This document shows positions 29,711-39,270 of a stretch of DNA of 64,000 nt, piece after piece. Position 1 is the first letter of the stretch. Each line of letters starts with the position of its first letter. The position numbers were made by a program, and so were the translations under genes. This DNA is from Bdellovibrio sp. ZAP7. GTDB lineage: Bacteria > Bdellovibrionota_B > Oligoflexia > Oligoflexales > RGVZ01. Below the pieces are notes generated by a model. It worked only from the letters and a program-made list of their open reading frames with translations. It ran no database searches and was not told where the DNA came from. The DNA is taken from assembly GCA_945900755.1 (NCBI GenBank), contig CAMDKS010000001.1:63491-127490 (forward strand). The letters run 5' to 3'.

Positions 29711-30282
29711 TTATCCAGTTTTCCATCGATATAGGCATAGAAATCGGGGTTCAAAGTGGCATAGTATTCGACGCCATTTTTTCGATAACAAAGGGCACAG
29801 TAAATATTATGACGCAACTCCTCTTTGAGATGCCACCTATTTTCGCAATTACTACAGATATAAACGTAACCGCCCTCGGCCGCTAGTCTTGTATGAACAT
29901 GAACCTCCGGGTCGATTTGGTACCCAGTCTGCTCAAATTCTAGCATTTTCTGGTAAAATCGTTTGGTATGACCAGGGTCAAAGCCGGACTGGTAAAGCCA
30001 TAGGTGGGTCATTTCATGAAATATCGTGTAGGGAAGAAGTTGCGGTGCATTGGCAAAATAGGACAATGAGAGCCTGATTTTATTTTCAAACAATATCGCA
30101 AGTCCGACTTTATTTTTCATTTTATTTGAAAATTCGATGGTCGTAGCTTGTCTATTATTATCGCTACCAGAATTTGAAAAGCGCGGCGAAAAAAGTTCAA
30201 AAAAATAATCCGCCAAAAGCTCTAAATCTTCTTTTTCAAATGTGATCGTTAAACTCTTCATAATATTTATTATATAATGCAC
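29701..30282 (-). CDS. SprT-like zinc metalloprotease domain protein
   Basis: HEMTH, GH..F, C-terminal CxxC..CxxC zinc ribbon. Confidence 0.85.
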   Translation of the reverse strand: MHYIINIMKSLTITFEKEDLELLADYFFELFSPRFSNSGSDNNRQATTIEFSNKMKNKVGLAILFENKIRLSLSYFANAPQLLPYTIFHEMTHLWLYQSGFDPGHTKRFYQKMLEFEQTGYQIDPEVHVHTRLAAEGGYVYICSNCENRWHLKEELRHNIYCALCYRKNGVEYYATLNPDFYAYIDGKLDKCS

Positions 30283-30287
30283 TTGGG

Positions 30288-32696
30288 TCAGGTCGCAAAA
30301 AATTTGCGGCCCATATGCTGGCCGTCAAATATTGGTGCTCCAAGGGTTCCATGTTTAACTAATTGAATATCGTTAGGAAAATCGCCATTATTTCTGGAAA
30401 CCAAAAGGTCAGAAAATAATTTTGCACCGACGGAAACAGCTTTTACGGGCAGTACTTTGGACGCAAGGATAATTATATCCTTTTCCGAAGTTAATTCAGG
30501 TACTACAAACACTGGAATGACCAGATCTAGGTTACCGAGGCCTGCCGTCAAATCCTCAGCCAGAGTCTCCAGCCGGCTTATTTTTACGGCAATCGTGACG
30601 GTGCAGGTTTTGATATTTTTTGGAGCCGTCGAATTATTTTTAGGCGTGACGATCGTAAATCCATTTTGCATCAAGCGAACGTCTTCCATGGAGCGAGCGA
30701 CAACTTCGCCGGTCGTGGGGGCATGGATGAACAAGTCGGGAGGAATGGCGGAGGCGAGACGCTGACCAATGATTGTGGGGTCGCCGCCAATCGCGATGAT
30801 GGCTCGTGATGATAGGCAGCCGCGTTGTGCTAGTGATAATTGATCGCGAACGATGCTTGTGAGGGACGTGTTGTCATCATCAATTCCCTCACGCACCAAG
30901 GTCAAACTAACGAGGTTGCCGAAGGTTGATACGCGGCCTGGAGCGAAAAAATTCATAAAGGCACACGTTTCATCATCGCCAAATACGAGAATATTTTCTC
31001 CGTCGAGAAGGTCTTCTCGTCCGAGGCGCCAGGACGAATCGAGTGTGACCATATCAAATCCAGACTTTTGAGCGAGATCGACGGCAAGCCCCAAGAACGT
31101 TTTTGCGGGTGGAAGGCCGTGAATGGCTGGCATTCTAATGCGAACGGAAAGTCCAAGTGCGAAGGCTTGAGCGAGTGGTTGAATGAATGCGATGGAATGG
31201 CTTGACGGAGGAATCATGAGCCAGTTTTGACTGATTTCAGTCTTGGGACGCGAAAGGGTGGCGGCGTCCCGGAATTGAGTAACGTCTAAAGGAAATCCTG
31301 ACGCTAAATCTGAAAGGGTTTCCTGAGCCAATTGTTCACTACCCAGCTCCAGGGTCAGTCGTACTAACGCTTCGTCATCAGCCAGTAAACGGGAGACCCA
31401 TTGATGGGCTGATTTAGAATGCTTCTCAAGTTCGGCGCGGTCTAGTGACGCTTTTTTTCCTGACGCCTTCGACGTGGTTTTATTTGGAGATGAAGTTTCC
31501 AAAGCGGCGGTATCCGCTACTCGCAGCGAGCAGCCTTTGAGGACGGACCTTGGCACACGCCCACACAATTGAAATTTTTGATCGTGGAGCCGAGCTAGAT
31601 CTTCGGTTTGGATAGCCACGGGGGCGATATCAATTCTCAGGGGATCAAAAATAGTCAAAGCCCCTTTACCATGGGCTAAATCTTGAGACGGAGTCGTCAT
31701 CACGGCCGCGGAGACCCACCAAGGAAATTGAAACGATCGCTGTGATAAATGCGTTGCGAAATTTTGTACGCCTCCCTGATGGTCTTGGCTGGATGGACTC
31801 GCGGTAGGCGAGTCACATAAATCCCAGGCTTGGCTAGCGAGTTCGCACATTCCATATTCACTAATTATTTTTGAGGGCTCAATTCCAAATCCAGTTGAGA
31901 TCATTTGGTATAATTCTTCGCGCGTGACGGAACGGCTGCGTCCTTTGGTACCCCCAGTTTCGATGACGAGACTTCCTCGCGGCAGAGAAAAGGTGGCGCC
32001 TGACTCTAGTAAATTAACAAAATGAAAGGCGGTTCCGAAAACATAAATGGGCGCTCCGGCCTTTGAGGCTTGTGCGATGGAGTGACGAACCTTGGCGGAG
32101 TCTTCTGGGTCCGCATAGTGTGTGCTCCAAATATCAGCAAGCCATGCCACCATTTGGGCAAGGCTGGAGTCGGGCCACTCGGCGACCTTAGGAATGAGAC
32201 TCACCGCCGAAATGCTTAATAAATTGTCACGCTGTGATGGCACGCAGCGCTCCAGTGCGCTAAAAAAAGTGGCAATACTTGCGGCTCTGTACCAAGAAAG
32301 ACCGTCGGGCGAATATCCTGATTGAGACTTTCCTTCGACACCAGATGTGGTGCCGCTAGAAACAAATATACACAGCTTATCCACAGCGGGGTGCAGTCGG
32401 GAGGGTGGTCCGCGAAAGGCGCGAATTGGCATATAGAACAGTGTCTTAAGGTGTTGACCGGTCAGCGGCCAGCTAAATTTTTTGGCATTATTATTTTCAG
32501 TGGAAAGCTTCAAATTGAGGCTCTCTAGTGTCGGCTTATTGGAGCGTTCGAACACATTTTTTGGCGGAGTTCCATGCTCTGACCGTAACAGATATTCCAC
32601 CTGAGCCGCCAGCCGCGAGTCAAGACGTAGTAAGGCTGCGGCCAAGGGCTTCATGGCTGCTGAAAAAGTTAAAATTTTTGAATTCGTATCTTGCAT
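30288..32696 (-). CDS. LuxE-like acyl-protein synthetase fused to LuxC-like acyl-CoA reductase
   Basis: N-half: SSGTT, SSL, ETGGTKGR, SEYGMCEL, QTEDL, GR..GCS; C-half: FGDDET, FG..S, D....QRGCLS. Confidence 0.75.
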   Translation of the reverse strand: MQDTNSKILTFSAAMKPLAAALLRLDSRLAAQVEYLLRSEHGTPPKNVFERSNKPTLESLNLKLSTENNNAKKFSWPLTGQHLKTLFYMPIRAFRGPPSRLHPAVDKLCIFVSSGTTSGVEGKSQSGYSPDGLSWYRAASIATFFSALERCVPSQRDNLLSISAVSLIPKVAEWPDSSLAQMVAWLADIWSTHYADPEDSAKVRHSIAQASKAGAPIYVFGTAFHFVNLLESGATFSLPRGSLVIETGGTKGRSRSVTREELYQMISTGFGIEPSKIISEYGMCELASQAWDLCDSPTASPSSQDHQGGVQNFATHLSQRSFQFPWWVSAAVMTTPSQDLAHGKGALTIFDPLRIDIAPVAIQTEDLARLHDQKFQLCGRVPRSVLKGCSLRVADTAALETSSPNKTTSKASGKKASLDRAELEKHSKSAHQWVSRLLADDEALVRLTLELGSEQLAQETLSDLASGFPLDVTQFRDAATLSRPKTEISQNWLMIPPSSHSIAFIQPLAQAFALGLSVRIRMPAIHGLPPAKTFLGLAVDLAQKSGFDMVTLDSSWRLGREDLLDGENILVFGDDETCAFMNFFAPGRVSTFGNLVSLTLVREGIDDDNTSLTSIVRDQLSLAQRGCLSSRAIIAIGGDPTIIGQRLASAIPPDLFIHAPTTGEVVARSMEDVRLMQNGFTIVTPKNNSTAPKNIKTCTVTIAVKISRLETLAEDLTAGLGNLDLVIPVFVVPELTSEKDIIILASKVLPVKAVSVGAKLFSDLLVSRNNGDFPNDIQLVKHGTLGAPIFDGQHMGRKFFAT

Positions 32697-32844
32697 GGCT
32701 CAAGCCTTTGAGGGGATTTTGGATAGACACCCAAGATCTTGCAGGTTATAACTATAAAAGAGATATATTGTCCAAATAAATTAGGCCTTAGGCCCCCCGA
32801 ATATGTAAAATCGGGTGAGAAACAGGGAAGGTCCCAAAGACGCC

Positions 32845-33828
32845 ATGTCGGCAGAGTATTTCGTCAAATTGGATCGATTTGAAGGGCCGCTGGATCTGCT
32901 ATTGCATTTGATCCGTGTGCACGAAATTGATATTTTTGCGATCGACATCCTGAAATTAACGACAGAATACCTTAGTTTTCTTAGGCTTGTGAAGTTTGAC
33001 GATATTTCTGAGGCCGGTGAATTTATCTCCATGGGCGCAACCCTCATTGAGATTAAGAGTCGCGGTCTGCTCCCCACCGAGGAGCGTAAAGTCACCAACG
33101 AAGATGGCGTGGACGAAGATCCACTGAAAACTCTCCAAGATAGGTTGCTTCAGTATGAAATGATTCGTCGTGCGGCGGATTGGTTTTTGCATTGCCCACA
33201 AATGGGAGTGGAAATTCAAACGGGCCATGAGCATGTGCGGCTTGCGGAAGAGTTTAAGGATGTGGAGACTCCATTAGAGGGCGACCCAGCTCGCCTCATT
33301 ATTCTTTTTGATCAGACCATGCGAGATCTTGCAGACCGCAAGGCCTCAAAAATCGAAGCGAAAATGCACGGCATCACCCTTGAGCAGACGATCGAACGAT
33401 TTGCTGTGTATATTGAAACCGTAAAATTTGGCATGTTTCAGGGCCTCTATAATAAATTTAGAAGTCGCTATGACATGCTTGTGCATTTGATGGCAGTCCT
33501 TGAATTGTCCAAACAAGATAAACTAAAGATCTATCAGCAAGATATGATGGGGCCCCTGTGGTTCTACCGTTTCGATTTGGACGAGAGTGTTTTACCGTTG
33601 GCTACAGCCGTTGCAGGTCATGACTTAGCAGCTGGCGAGACAGTGGTCGAGGCCGTCCTAGGTGATGCCATTCTCCCTCAAAAGAAAAAAAGGTTGGCAC
33701 AATTAAATTATGTGACGGCTGATGTTCCTAATCAACGTTTCAGGCGTGATGCCGAGGCAACAGATTTATCAGATGTGGTCATAGACCCGTCTTCAACGAG
33801 TGACCAGCCGGAGGTTAGCGATGATTAA
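32845..33828 (+). CDS. scpA: Segregation and condensation protein A
   Basis: FEGPLDLLLHLI, IKSRGLLP, AVLEL. Confidence 0.93.
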   Translation: MSAEYFVKLDRFEGPLDLLLHLIRVHEIDIFAIDILKLTTEYLSFLRLVKFDDISEAGEFISMGATLIEIKSRGLLPTEERKVTNEDGVDEDPLKTLQDRLLQYEMIRRAADWFLHCPQMGVEIQTGHEHVRLAEEFKDVETPLEGDPARLIILFDQTMRDLADRKASKIEAKMHGITLEQTIERFAVYIETVKFGMFQGLYNKFRSRYDMLVHLMAVLELSKQDKLKIYQQDMMGPLWFYRFDLDESVLPLATAVAGHDLAAGETVVEAVLGDAILPQKKKRLAQLNYVTADVPNQRFRRDAEATDLSDVVIDPSSTSDQPEVSDD

Positions 33829-35071
33829 TCAAGATCAAGATGACGAGTCAATGGAACAACCTGACGAGTCAATGGAACAACCTGACATGACATTTACAGT
33901 AGACGTTGAAGCGGAAGATCCATTTATACTTTCCGAGCAACTAACCCTTTCAGGGAAAATTGAGGCCATCATATTTGCATCTCCAAAACCGATGCGTGCG
34001 GTTGAAATTCACGAGCTGCTGATGGAATTTGGGCACACGTTAAAAGAGGTCCAAGACTCCTGCGATGAATTGACAGAGTTTTACCGAGACCGCGCCGGCG
34101 GCCTGCATCTCAAATATATTAAACGTATGGGCTACCAGTTTCAGACCACACCTGCTGCCAAGAGTTTGATGGAGCGTCAATTCTCTAGTCGCCCGCGCCC
34201 ACTTTCACGAGCAGCCTTAGAGACATTGGCGGTGATAGCTTACCGTCAAAAACAGTCGAAAGGTGTCACGCGTGCCGAGGTGGAATTTATTCGCGGCGTA
34301 GACGCTGGTTCTATATTTAAAACGTTGGTGGAACGAAACTTATTAGCGTGTACGGGGCGTAAAGAAATCCCAGGGCGACCAATGATCTTTGGGGTCACCG
34401 ACGACTTCTTGAGAGTCTTTCAGCTGGGTTCGATCAATGATCTTCCGCCACTCGAAAGCTTTCAAACTCCAAAAGATGTGTTGGATGCAGCCAATCTAAA
34501 AATTGCGGAGTTTGAGGCCGAGCAAGACGGGGTCGATACGGACGAATTCATTAATGACGATACCTACGCATCCGAGGTTCAAAGTCTTGAAGATTTCAAC
34601 GCTTTAACCGCCGTTCAACCGGCCTACGCTCCGACTCTCGCCCGCCTCGACGAGGTTATTGAGGGGGTTGCGGCCTCGGCTACGGATACGGCCATAGATG
34701 GCGTGCTCGAAACAGAGTCATCCGATGATGTCATAGATGATTTAATGGACGATTTAGGTGAAGGACAGGTTGCTTGGGTTGCCCCAGAAGTGCATAATGA
34801 AGGCCGTCCACTTCAAGGTGCGGTTGCTGGGGAAATTAAGTTTTCCATGGATTCCATCAATGAAGAGGAATGGGACAATGAAGTTCAAGTCGTGATGACT
34901 GCAACACAGTCCACTGCCGCGCCGTTAGTCGACGTAGTCAGTGACATAGTTGTCGACGCGTCAAGTGACGCAGTAAGTGAGGCTCAAACAGATGGGCGAG
35001 ATGAGACTACAGAAATGGCTTTCCCAATTGGGAGTAGCGAGTCGCCGCGAGGCGGAGATTTGGATAACTGA
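33821..35071 (+). CDS. scpB: Segregation and condensation protein B with long acidic tail
   Basis: IEAIIFAS, LSRAALETLAVIAYRQ, IRGV, PGRP, DLPPL; GGAGG RBS before ATG 33821. Confidence 0.93.
   Translation: MINQDQDDESMEQPDESMEQPDMTFTVDVEAEDPFILSEQLTLSGKIEAIIFASPKPMRAVEIHELLMEFGHTLKEVQDSCDELTEFYRDRAGGLHLKYIKRMGYQFQTTPAAKSLMERQFSSRPRPLSRAALETLAVIAYRQKQSKGVTRAEVEFIRGVDAGSIFKTLVERNLLACTGRKEIPGRPMIFGVTDDFLRVFQLGSINDLPPLESFQTPKDVLDAANLKIAEFEAEQDGVDTDEFINDDTYASEVQSLEDFNALTAVQPAYAPTLARLDEVIEGVAASATDTAIDGVLETESSDDVIDDLMDDLGEGQVAWVAPEVHNEGRPLQGAVAGEIKFSMDSINEEEWDNEVQVVMTATQSTAAPLVDVVSDIVVDASSDAVSEAQTDGRDETTEMAFPIGSSESPRGGDLDN
33841..33886 (+). repeat. 21-bp tandem duplication (DESMEQP x2) in scpB 5' end
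   Basis: TGACGAGTCAATGGAACAACC twice, then TGAC. Confidence 0.95.
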
Positions 35072-36317
35072 GGGACGTCTTGCCGTTAACGGCAAGGTTG
35101 TTACGGCCCAAGGCACCAAGGTTGACACAGAAACCGATAGCATTTCGCTTAATGGTAAATTGGTTAAATCCAAGATGCCGCCGAAAGTCTATTGGCTCCT
35201 AAACAAACCAGATAAAATTCTGACGGCTCGTAGCGATGAGCTAACCAATAAGCCCACCATTTACGATTTGCCGATGGTTGCGAAAGCAAAATTTCTGGTG
35301 TCGCCAGTTGGTCGCCTCGATTTTCGTACGGAAGGATTGTTGTTGTTAACCAATGATGGTGACCTCAACTATAAACTGTGTCGACCCGAGTATCATGTAC
35401 CAAGAGAATACCAAGTGTTGTTAGATGGTCGATTAACGAAAGAGCAAGAAGCTGAAATTAAGAAAGGCGTTGTCCTTGAAGACGGCCCGACAAGAGACGT
35501 AAAAATCGTGTACGTGCACGGTACGAACATGGGCCTTTCTACGGGCTCATGGTATATGATCACAGTCCACGAGGGGCGAAATCGATTGGTGCGACGAATC
35601 TTCGAACACTTCGAAAAACGAGTGGTCAAACTGATTCGCGTTGGATTTGGCGACATTCGGCTTCCAGCGGATCTTCCTGCCGGGCAATACCGCCAATTGA
35701 CTAATGCGCAAGTTGACACGTTGCGTGTGGCGACAGAGCATGCGATCTCCTTGAATACCGCCAAACGTGTCTCGGCGTCCAAAAATCGTTCGTCCAGAAA
35801 AGCATTGTCATTCAAACCAAGGGTCAAAAAACCGTTGGATGAAGAGGACATTGGGTCGGCCTCCGCCGCGAAAGGTTCTACAAAAAAGATCGCAGAAAAA
35901 ACAAGTCCGGCATCAAAAACCAAAGAGACAAGGGTCAAAGATTCCCGTGCTCAGGCCAAAAAGCCGACAGCAAAAAGCGGATCTACGTCCACTCGGTCCA
36001 CTCGAAAAAAATCCACGTCGTTTAAAGATGCGATCGCAAACGACAAACGAAACCGGCACGCTCCCTCAAAAAAGGTTCCGCCTCAGGATGCGACCGACCG
36101 GGCCGCTCCGGAATCGTCCCCTAAGCGACCACCTCCTCGCACTACCTCTAGGGATGCGTCCAAGGGTGCGGGCGACCCAAAAAATGTGGCGAGGACCTCT
36201 AAAGGGGCAAAGCCTGTTGATCCGAAATCGACGACTAAAAAACCGTCGAATAAACCATCGAATAAACCCACTAGGCCCTCACAGCCGGAGAAAAAAAACT
36301 CCACCAAACGAGGATAA
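34992..36317 (+). CDS. rluB: 23S rRNA pseudouridine synthase RluB-like with Lys/Ser-rich tail
   Basis: RLQKWL..GVASRR S4 domain, GRLD, EGRNRLVRR; canonical scpA-scpB-rluB order. Confidence 0.9.
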   Translation: MGEMRLQKWLSQLGVASRREAEIWITEGRLAVNGKVVTAQGTKVDTETDSISLNGKLVKSKMPPKVYWLLNKPDKILTARSDELTNKPTIYDLPMVAKAKFLVSPVGRLDFRTEGLLLLTNDGDLNYKLCRPEYHVPREYQVLLDGRLTKEQEAEIKKGVVLEDGPTRDVKIVYVHGTNMGLSTGSWYMITVHEGRNRLVRRIFEHFEKRVVKLIRVGFGDIRLPADLPAGQYRQLTNAQVDTLRVATEHAISLNTAKRVSASKNRSSRKALSFKPRVKKPLDEEDIGSASAAKGSTKKIAEKTSPASKTKETRVKDSRAQAKKPTAKSGSTSTRSTRKKSTSFKDAIANDKRNRHAPSKKVPPQDATDRAAPESSPKRPPPRTTSRDASKGAGDPKNVARTSKGAKPVDPKSTTKKPSNKPSNKPTRPSQPEKKNSTKRG

Positions 36318-36323
36318 CGCTCT

Positions 36324-37319
36324 ATGAAATTAGCAACCCTACGAGACACCACGCGAGACGGTAAATTAGTGGTGATTTCTCGCGACAATACTAGATATGT
36401 CGAAGCATCAAACATTGCCCAAACGATGCAGGAGGCTTTAGACAGGTGGGACGAGGTCAAACCACGTCTTGACGGTCTATATAAAGATCTATCATCTGGT
36501 GCCACAAAAGGCCAATCCGTGGCTTTAGAAAAATTGGCAGCACCGCTGCCGAGAGCTTATGAGTGGATTGACGGATCAGCGTACATCAATCACGTGATCC
36601 TCGTCCGCAAAGCTAGGAATGCAGAGCCACCAAAGACCCTAAAAACCGACCCGCTTATTTATCAGGGCGGGTCTGGAATTTTTCTTGGAGCCAATGATCC
36701 CATTTATTTAGCCAACGAAGAATGGGGCTGTGACTTCGAGGCGGAAGTCGCCGTTATCTTGGGCGACACACCCCAAGGCACTCAAAAATCAGAGGCATCC
36801 AAGTACATTCGATTGCTGATGATCGTTAACGACGTCAGCCTTAGAAATCTCATTCCTGCTGAGCTTGAAAAAAACTTTGGATTTTTTCAAAGTAAGCCCG
36901 CCTCGGCCTTTGGGCCGATCGCTGTGACGCCTGACGAGCTAGGAGATGCCTGGAAAGACGGACGTGTCCATTTGCCGCTTGTATCGCATTATAACGGTAA
37001 GAAATTTGGCGACCCGAATGCCGGTCCTGAGATGTTTTTTGGGTTTAACGAATTGATTGAGCACATCACAAAAACCAGATCGTTTACGGCTGGGACGATT
37101 CTCGGGTCGGGTACGGTATCGAATGAAGATCGGGCCCGCGGCAGCAGTTGTTTGGCAGAAAAAAGAATGATTGAAGTCATTGATTCAGGTAAAGCCGTCA
37201 CTCCCTTTATGAAGGTGGGTGATACCATTGAGATTGAAATGTTTGCTCAAGATGGAAAGTCAATTTTTGGCAAGATCAATCAAAAGGTGGTTTCGACTCA
37301 AGGCTGTGTGAGGAACTAA
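36324..37319 (+). CDS. Fumarylacetoacetate hydrolase family protein
   Basis: DFEAEVAV, NDVSLR, QSKP, GSGTVSN. Confidence 0.92.
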   Translation: MKLATLRDTTRDGKLVVISRDNTRYVEASNIAQTMQEALDRWDEVKPRLDGLYKDLSSGATKGQSVALEKLAAPLPRAYEWIDGSAYINHVILVRKARNAEPPKTLKTDPLIYQGGSGIFLGANDPIYLANEEWGCDFEAEVAVILGDTPQGTQKSEASKYIRLLMIVNDVSLRNLIPAELEKNFGFFQSKPASAFGPIAVTPDELGDAWKDGRVHLPLVSHYNGKKFGDPNAGPEMFFGFNELIEHITKTRSFTAGTILGSGTVSNEDRARGSSCLAEKRMIEVIDSGKAVTPFMKVGDTIEIEMFAQDGKSIFGKINQKVVSTQGCVRN

Positions 37320-37321
37320 AC

Positions 37322-38173
37322 GTGGGAAAATACGCTGTCATTTTGCAAGTAACGTCGCAATATTTAAAGAGACCTGTGATTTTTTTGCTACTCGCGGCAC
37401 CATCCATTTTATCGACGGCAGCTTTTGCAAGACTGGAGCAGGGCAATAGGTCGAGTATGGTCTTGCATTATAAAGAAGATACGACCGCGGGGGCGGTCCA
37501 GCCAGATAATGCTGCAAAACCAGCAGAAACGGACGTGTATACACGTCGAGAAAGTCCGGGCGACGAGGCCGAACCTGCGCTCCCAAGGCGGGTGGACGGT
37601 TCAGAAAATCCGGACTCAAGCCCTAAATCTGGAAAACCAAAATATCGAAAAGCCTACGATCAAGCTGCAAAAAAAGAGGCAGCTTCCGAGGGCGGTGATG
37701 AGTCCATTGGAGTGTCTGTCGGGATCGGTTTTGGATTTAATTATTTTGCAGGTAGCCTAGGTTTGACGTTTCCCATCAACCATTATGTGGCCTGGGGTAT
37801 TTCAGGAAATTATTATTCAAGAGACGAGAAAAAAATCGCTGAATTACGAACTGGGGGAGATCTCAGTTTAATTTTACGAGTGCCGAATTTTACGCCTTTG
37901 ACGCCCTTTGTTTCTGCGGGGCCAGGGTATATAGATTGGAAGCGCTCTAAAGATGATGGAGCAGGACTTGTCGTTTTTGACAAAGCCGCCAGCCCTACTG
38001 CCGAGTGGGCTGTAGGGGCGTCCATCAGGCTCGCTAGGTACGTATCCTTGGTGGCCGCACTTAGGTCTACGACCTACACGGCCTCGCCTCCAAGGGTGTT
38101 TGAAGACGAGCATACGCGCCGAGAGGTTCGCACGAGAGAGCGGTTTGAATTTGGTTTTGCGTTTGGTTTTTAG
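37322..38173 (+). CDS. Outer-membrane beta-barrel protein (small OmpA/OmpW-like barrel) with disordered N-terminus
   Basis: Signal peptide ending AFA; TPFVSAGPGY; terminal FAFGF. Confidence 0.65.
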   Translation: MGKYAVILQVTSQYLKRPVIFLLLAAPSILSTAAFARLEQGNRSSMVLHYKEDTTAGAVQPDNAAKPAETDVYTRRESPGDEAEPALPRRVDGSENPDSSPKSGKPKYRKAYDQAAKKEAASEGGDESIGVSVGIGFGFNYFAGSLGLTFPINHYVAWGISGNYYSRDEKKIAELRTGGDLSLILRVPNFTPLTPFVSAGPGYIDWKRSKDDGAGLVVFDKAASPTAEWAVGASIRLARYVSLVAALRSTTYTASPPRVFEDEHTRREVRTRERFEFGFAFGF

Positions 38174-38249
38174 TTTGGTTTTTAGTTTTCTAGAATCGGC
38201 GATATTTTTTCGTCCGTAGTATACGTCCTAATCATTGAGGGAAACTATT

Positions 38250-39176
38250 TTGACAGATTTGAAAACGATTGCGATGTTTCCAGGCCAAGGTAGTCAATAT
38301 GTTGGTATGGCCAAAATTCTGCTAGACAACTTCCCATATACCAATGAAGTCTTCGAGGAAGCAGCCGACGCGGCTAAAATCCCAGTGAAGAAATTGTGCC
38401 TTGAAGGGCCAGATGATCTGCTAAAACTTACCGCCAATACCCAGCCTTGCATCGTCGCCACGAGTATCGCTACCTGGCGAGTTATGATTGAAGAAAAAGG
38501 CTTTAAGGCCGATATTTTTGCGGGTCACAGTTTAGGAGAATACTCGGCGTTGGTGGCCTCAGGGCGACTTTCGTTTGAGCGTGCGATCACTCTGGTTCGG
38601 GCTCGTGGTGTGGCCATGCAAAAAGCAGTGCCCGTGGGGGCAGGAGCGATGACGGCCGTGCTGTCGATGGAGGCCTCTCGCCTTGAAGAATTCTGCAAGA
38701 AAGCATCAAAACCAGGCGAGCCTGTCGAAGTCGTGAACTACAATAGTCCAACCCAGCTTGTAGTGGCAGGGTCTTGTGTGGCCGTGCTGCGTCTTGAAGT
38801 GGCTTTGACTGCAGAGGCGGTTAAATTCGTTTCACTACCAGTCTCCGCGCCATTCCATTCGTCTATGATGAAGCCAGCTCGCGAGGAGATGACTCCCATG
38901 CTTCTCGCGACCGAGTTTATAAATAATAAAACTCGAATCATCCCTAATTTTTCTGCCAAAATAACCGATCAATACGCCGCAGATTTTTTGATTAAGCAAA
39001 TTGACAGCCCAGTAAAATGGTGTCAAACCATCGAAAAAGTACAATTTTCGGGTATCAATCATTATGTGGAAGTGGGCCCAAGCAAAGTGTTGTGGGGACT
39101 TGCGCGAAAAATATTGCCTAAAGGTCAATTCAAATTGGCCAACACGGATAATGTCAAAGAGTGGTTAGCCCAATAA
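38250..39176 (+). CDS. fabD: Malonyl-CoA:ACP transacylase
   Basis: FPGQGSQ, NTQP, GHSLGEY, VSAPFHS, EVGP. Confidence 0.96.
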   Translation: MTDLKTIAMFPGQGSQYVGMAKILLDNFPYTNEVFEEAADAAKIPVKKLCLEGPDDLLKLTANTQPCIVATSIATWRVMIEEKGFKADIFAGHSLGEYSALVASGRLSFERAITLVRARGVAMQKAVPVGAGAMTAVLSMEASRLEEFCKKASKPGEPVEVVNYNSPTQLVVAGSCVAVLRLEVALTAEAVKFVSLPVSAPFHSSMMKPAREEMTPMLLATEFINNKTRIIPNFSAKITDQYAADFLIKQIDSPVKWCQTIEKVQFSGINHYVEVGPSKVLWGLARKILPKGQFKLANTDNVKEWLAQ

Positions 39177-39215
39177 AAGACGGGATCAACCTAGATTTGG
39201 CTGAACGATAGTGCC

Positions 39216-39270
39216 TTGAAGTCTTCATAAAACAATGATATAAAATCCACAGTACAACTGGAGATTTTAT
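39216..39270 (+). promoter_or_regulatory. Sigma70-like promoter with inverted repeat overlapping the start of the ATPase gene
   Basis: TTGAAG-17 nt-TATAAA; ATAAAATC (39240) ... GATTTTAT (39270). Confidence 0.55.

Noticed and set aside
30288..32696. Bioluminescence operon
   Set aside because: No luxA, luxB, luxD or luxG in the window; LuxE/LuxC homologs are common in non-luminous bacteria
35393..36505. Long alternative-frame and antisense ORFs in the rluB tail
   Set aside because: Expected by-product of low-complexity coding sequence; no motifs
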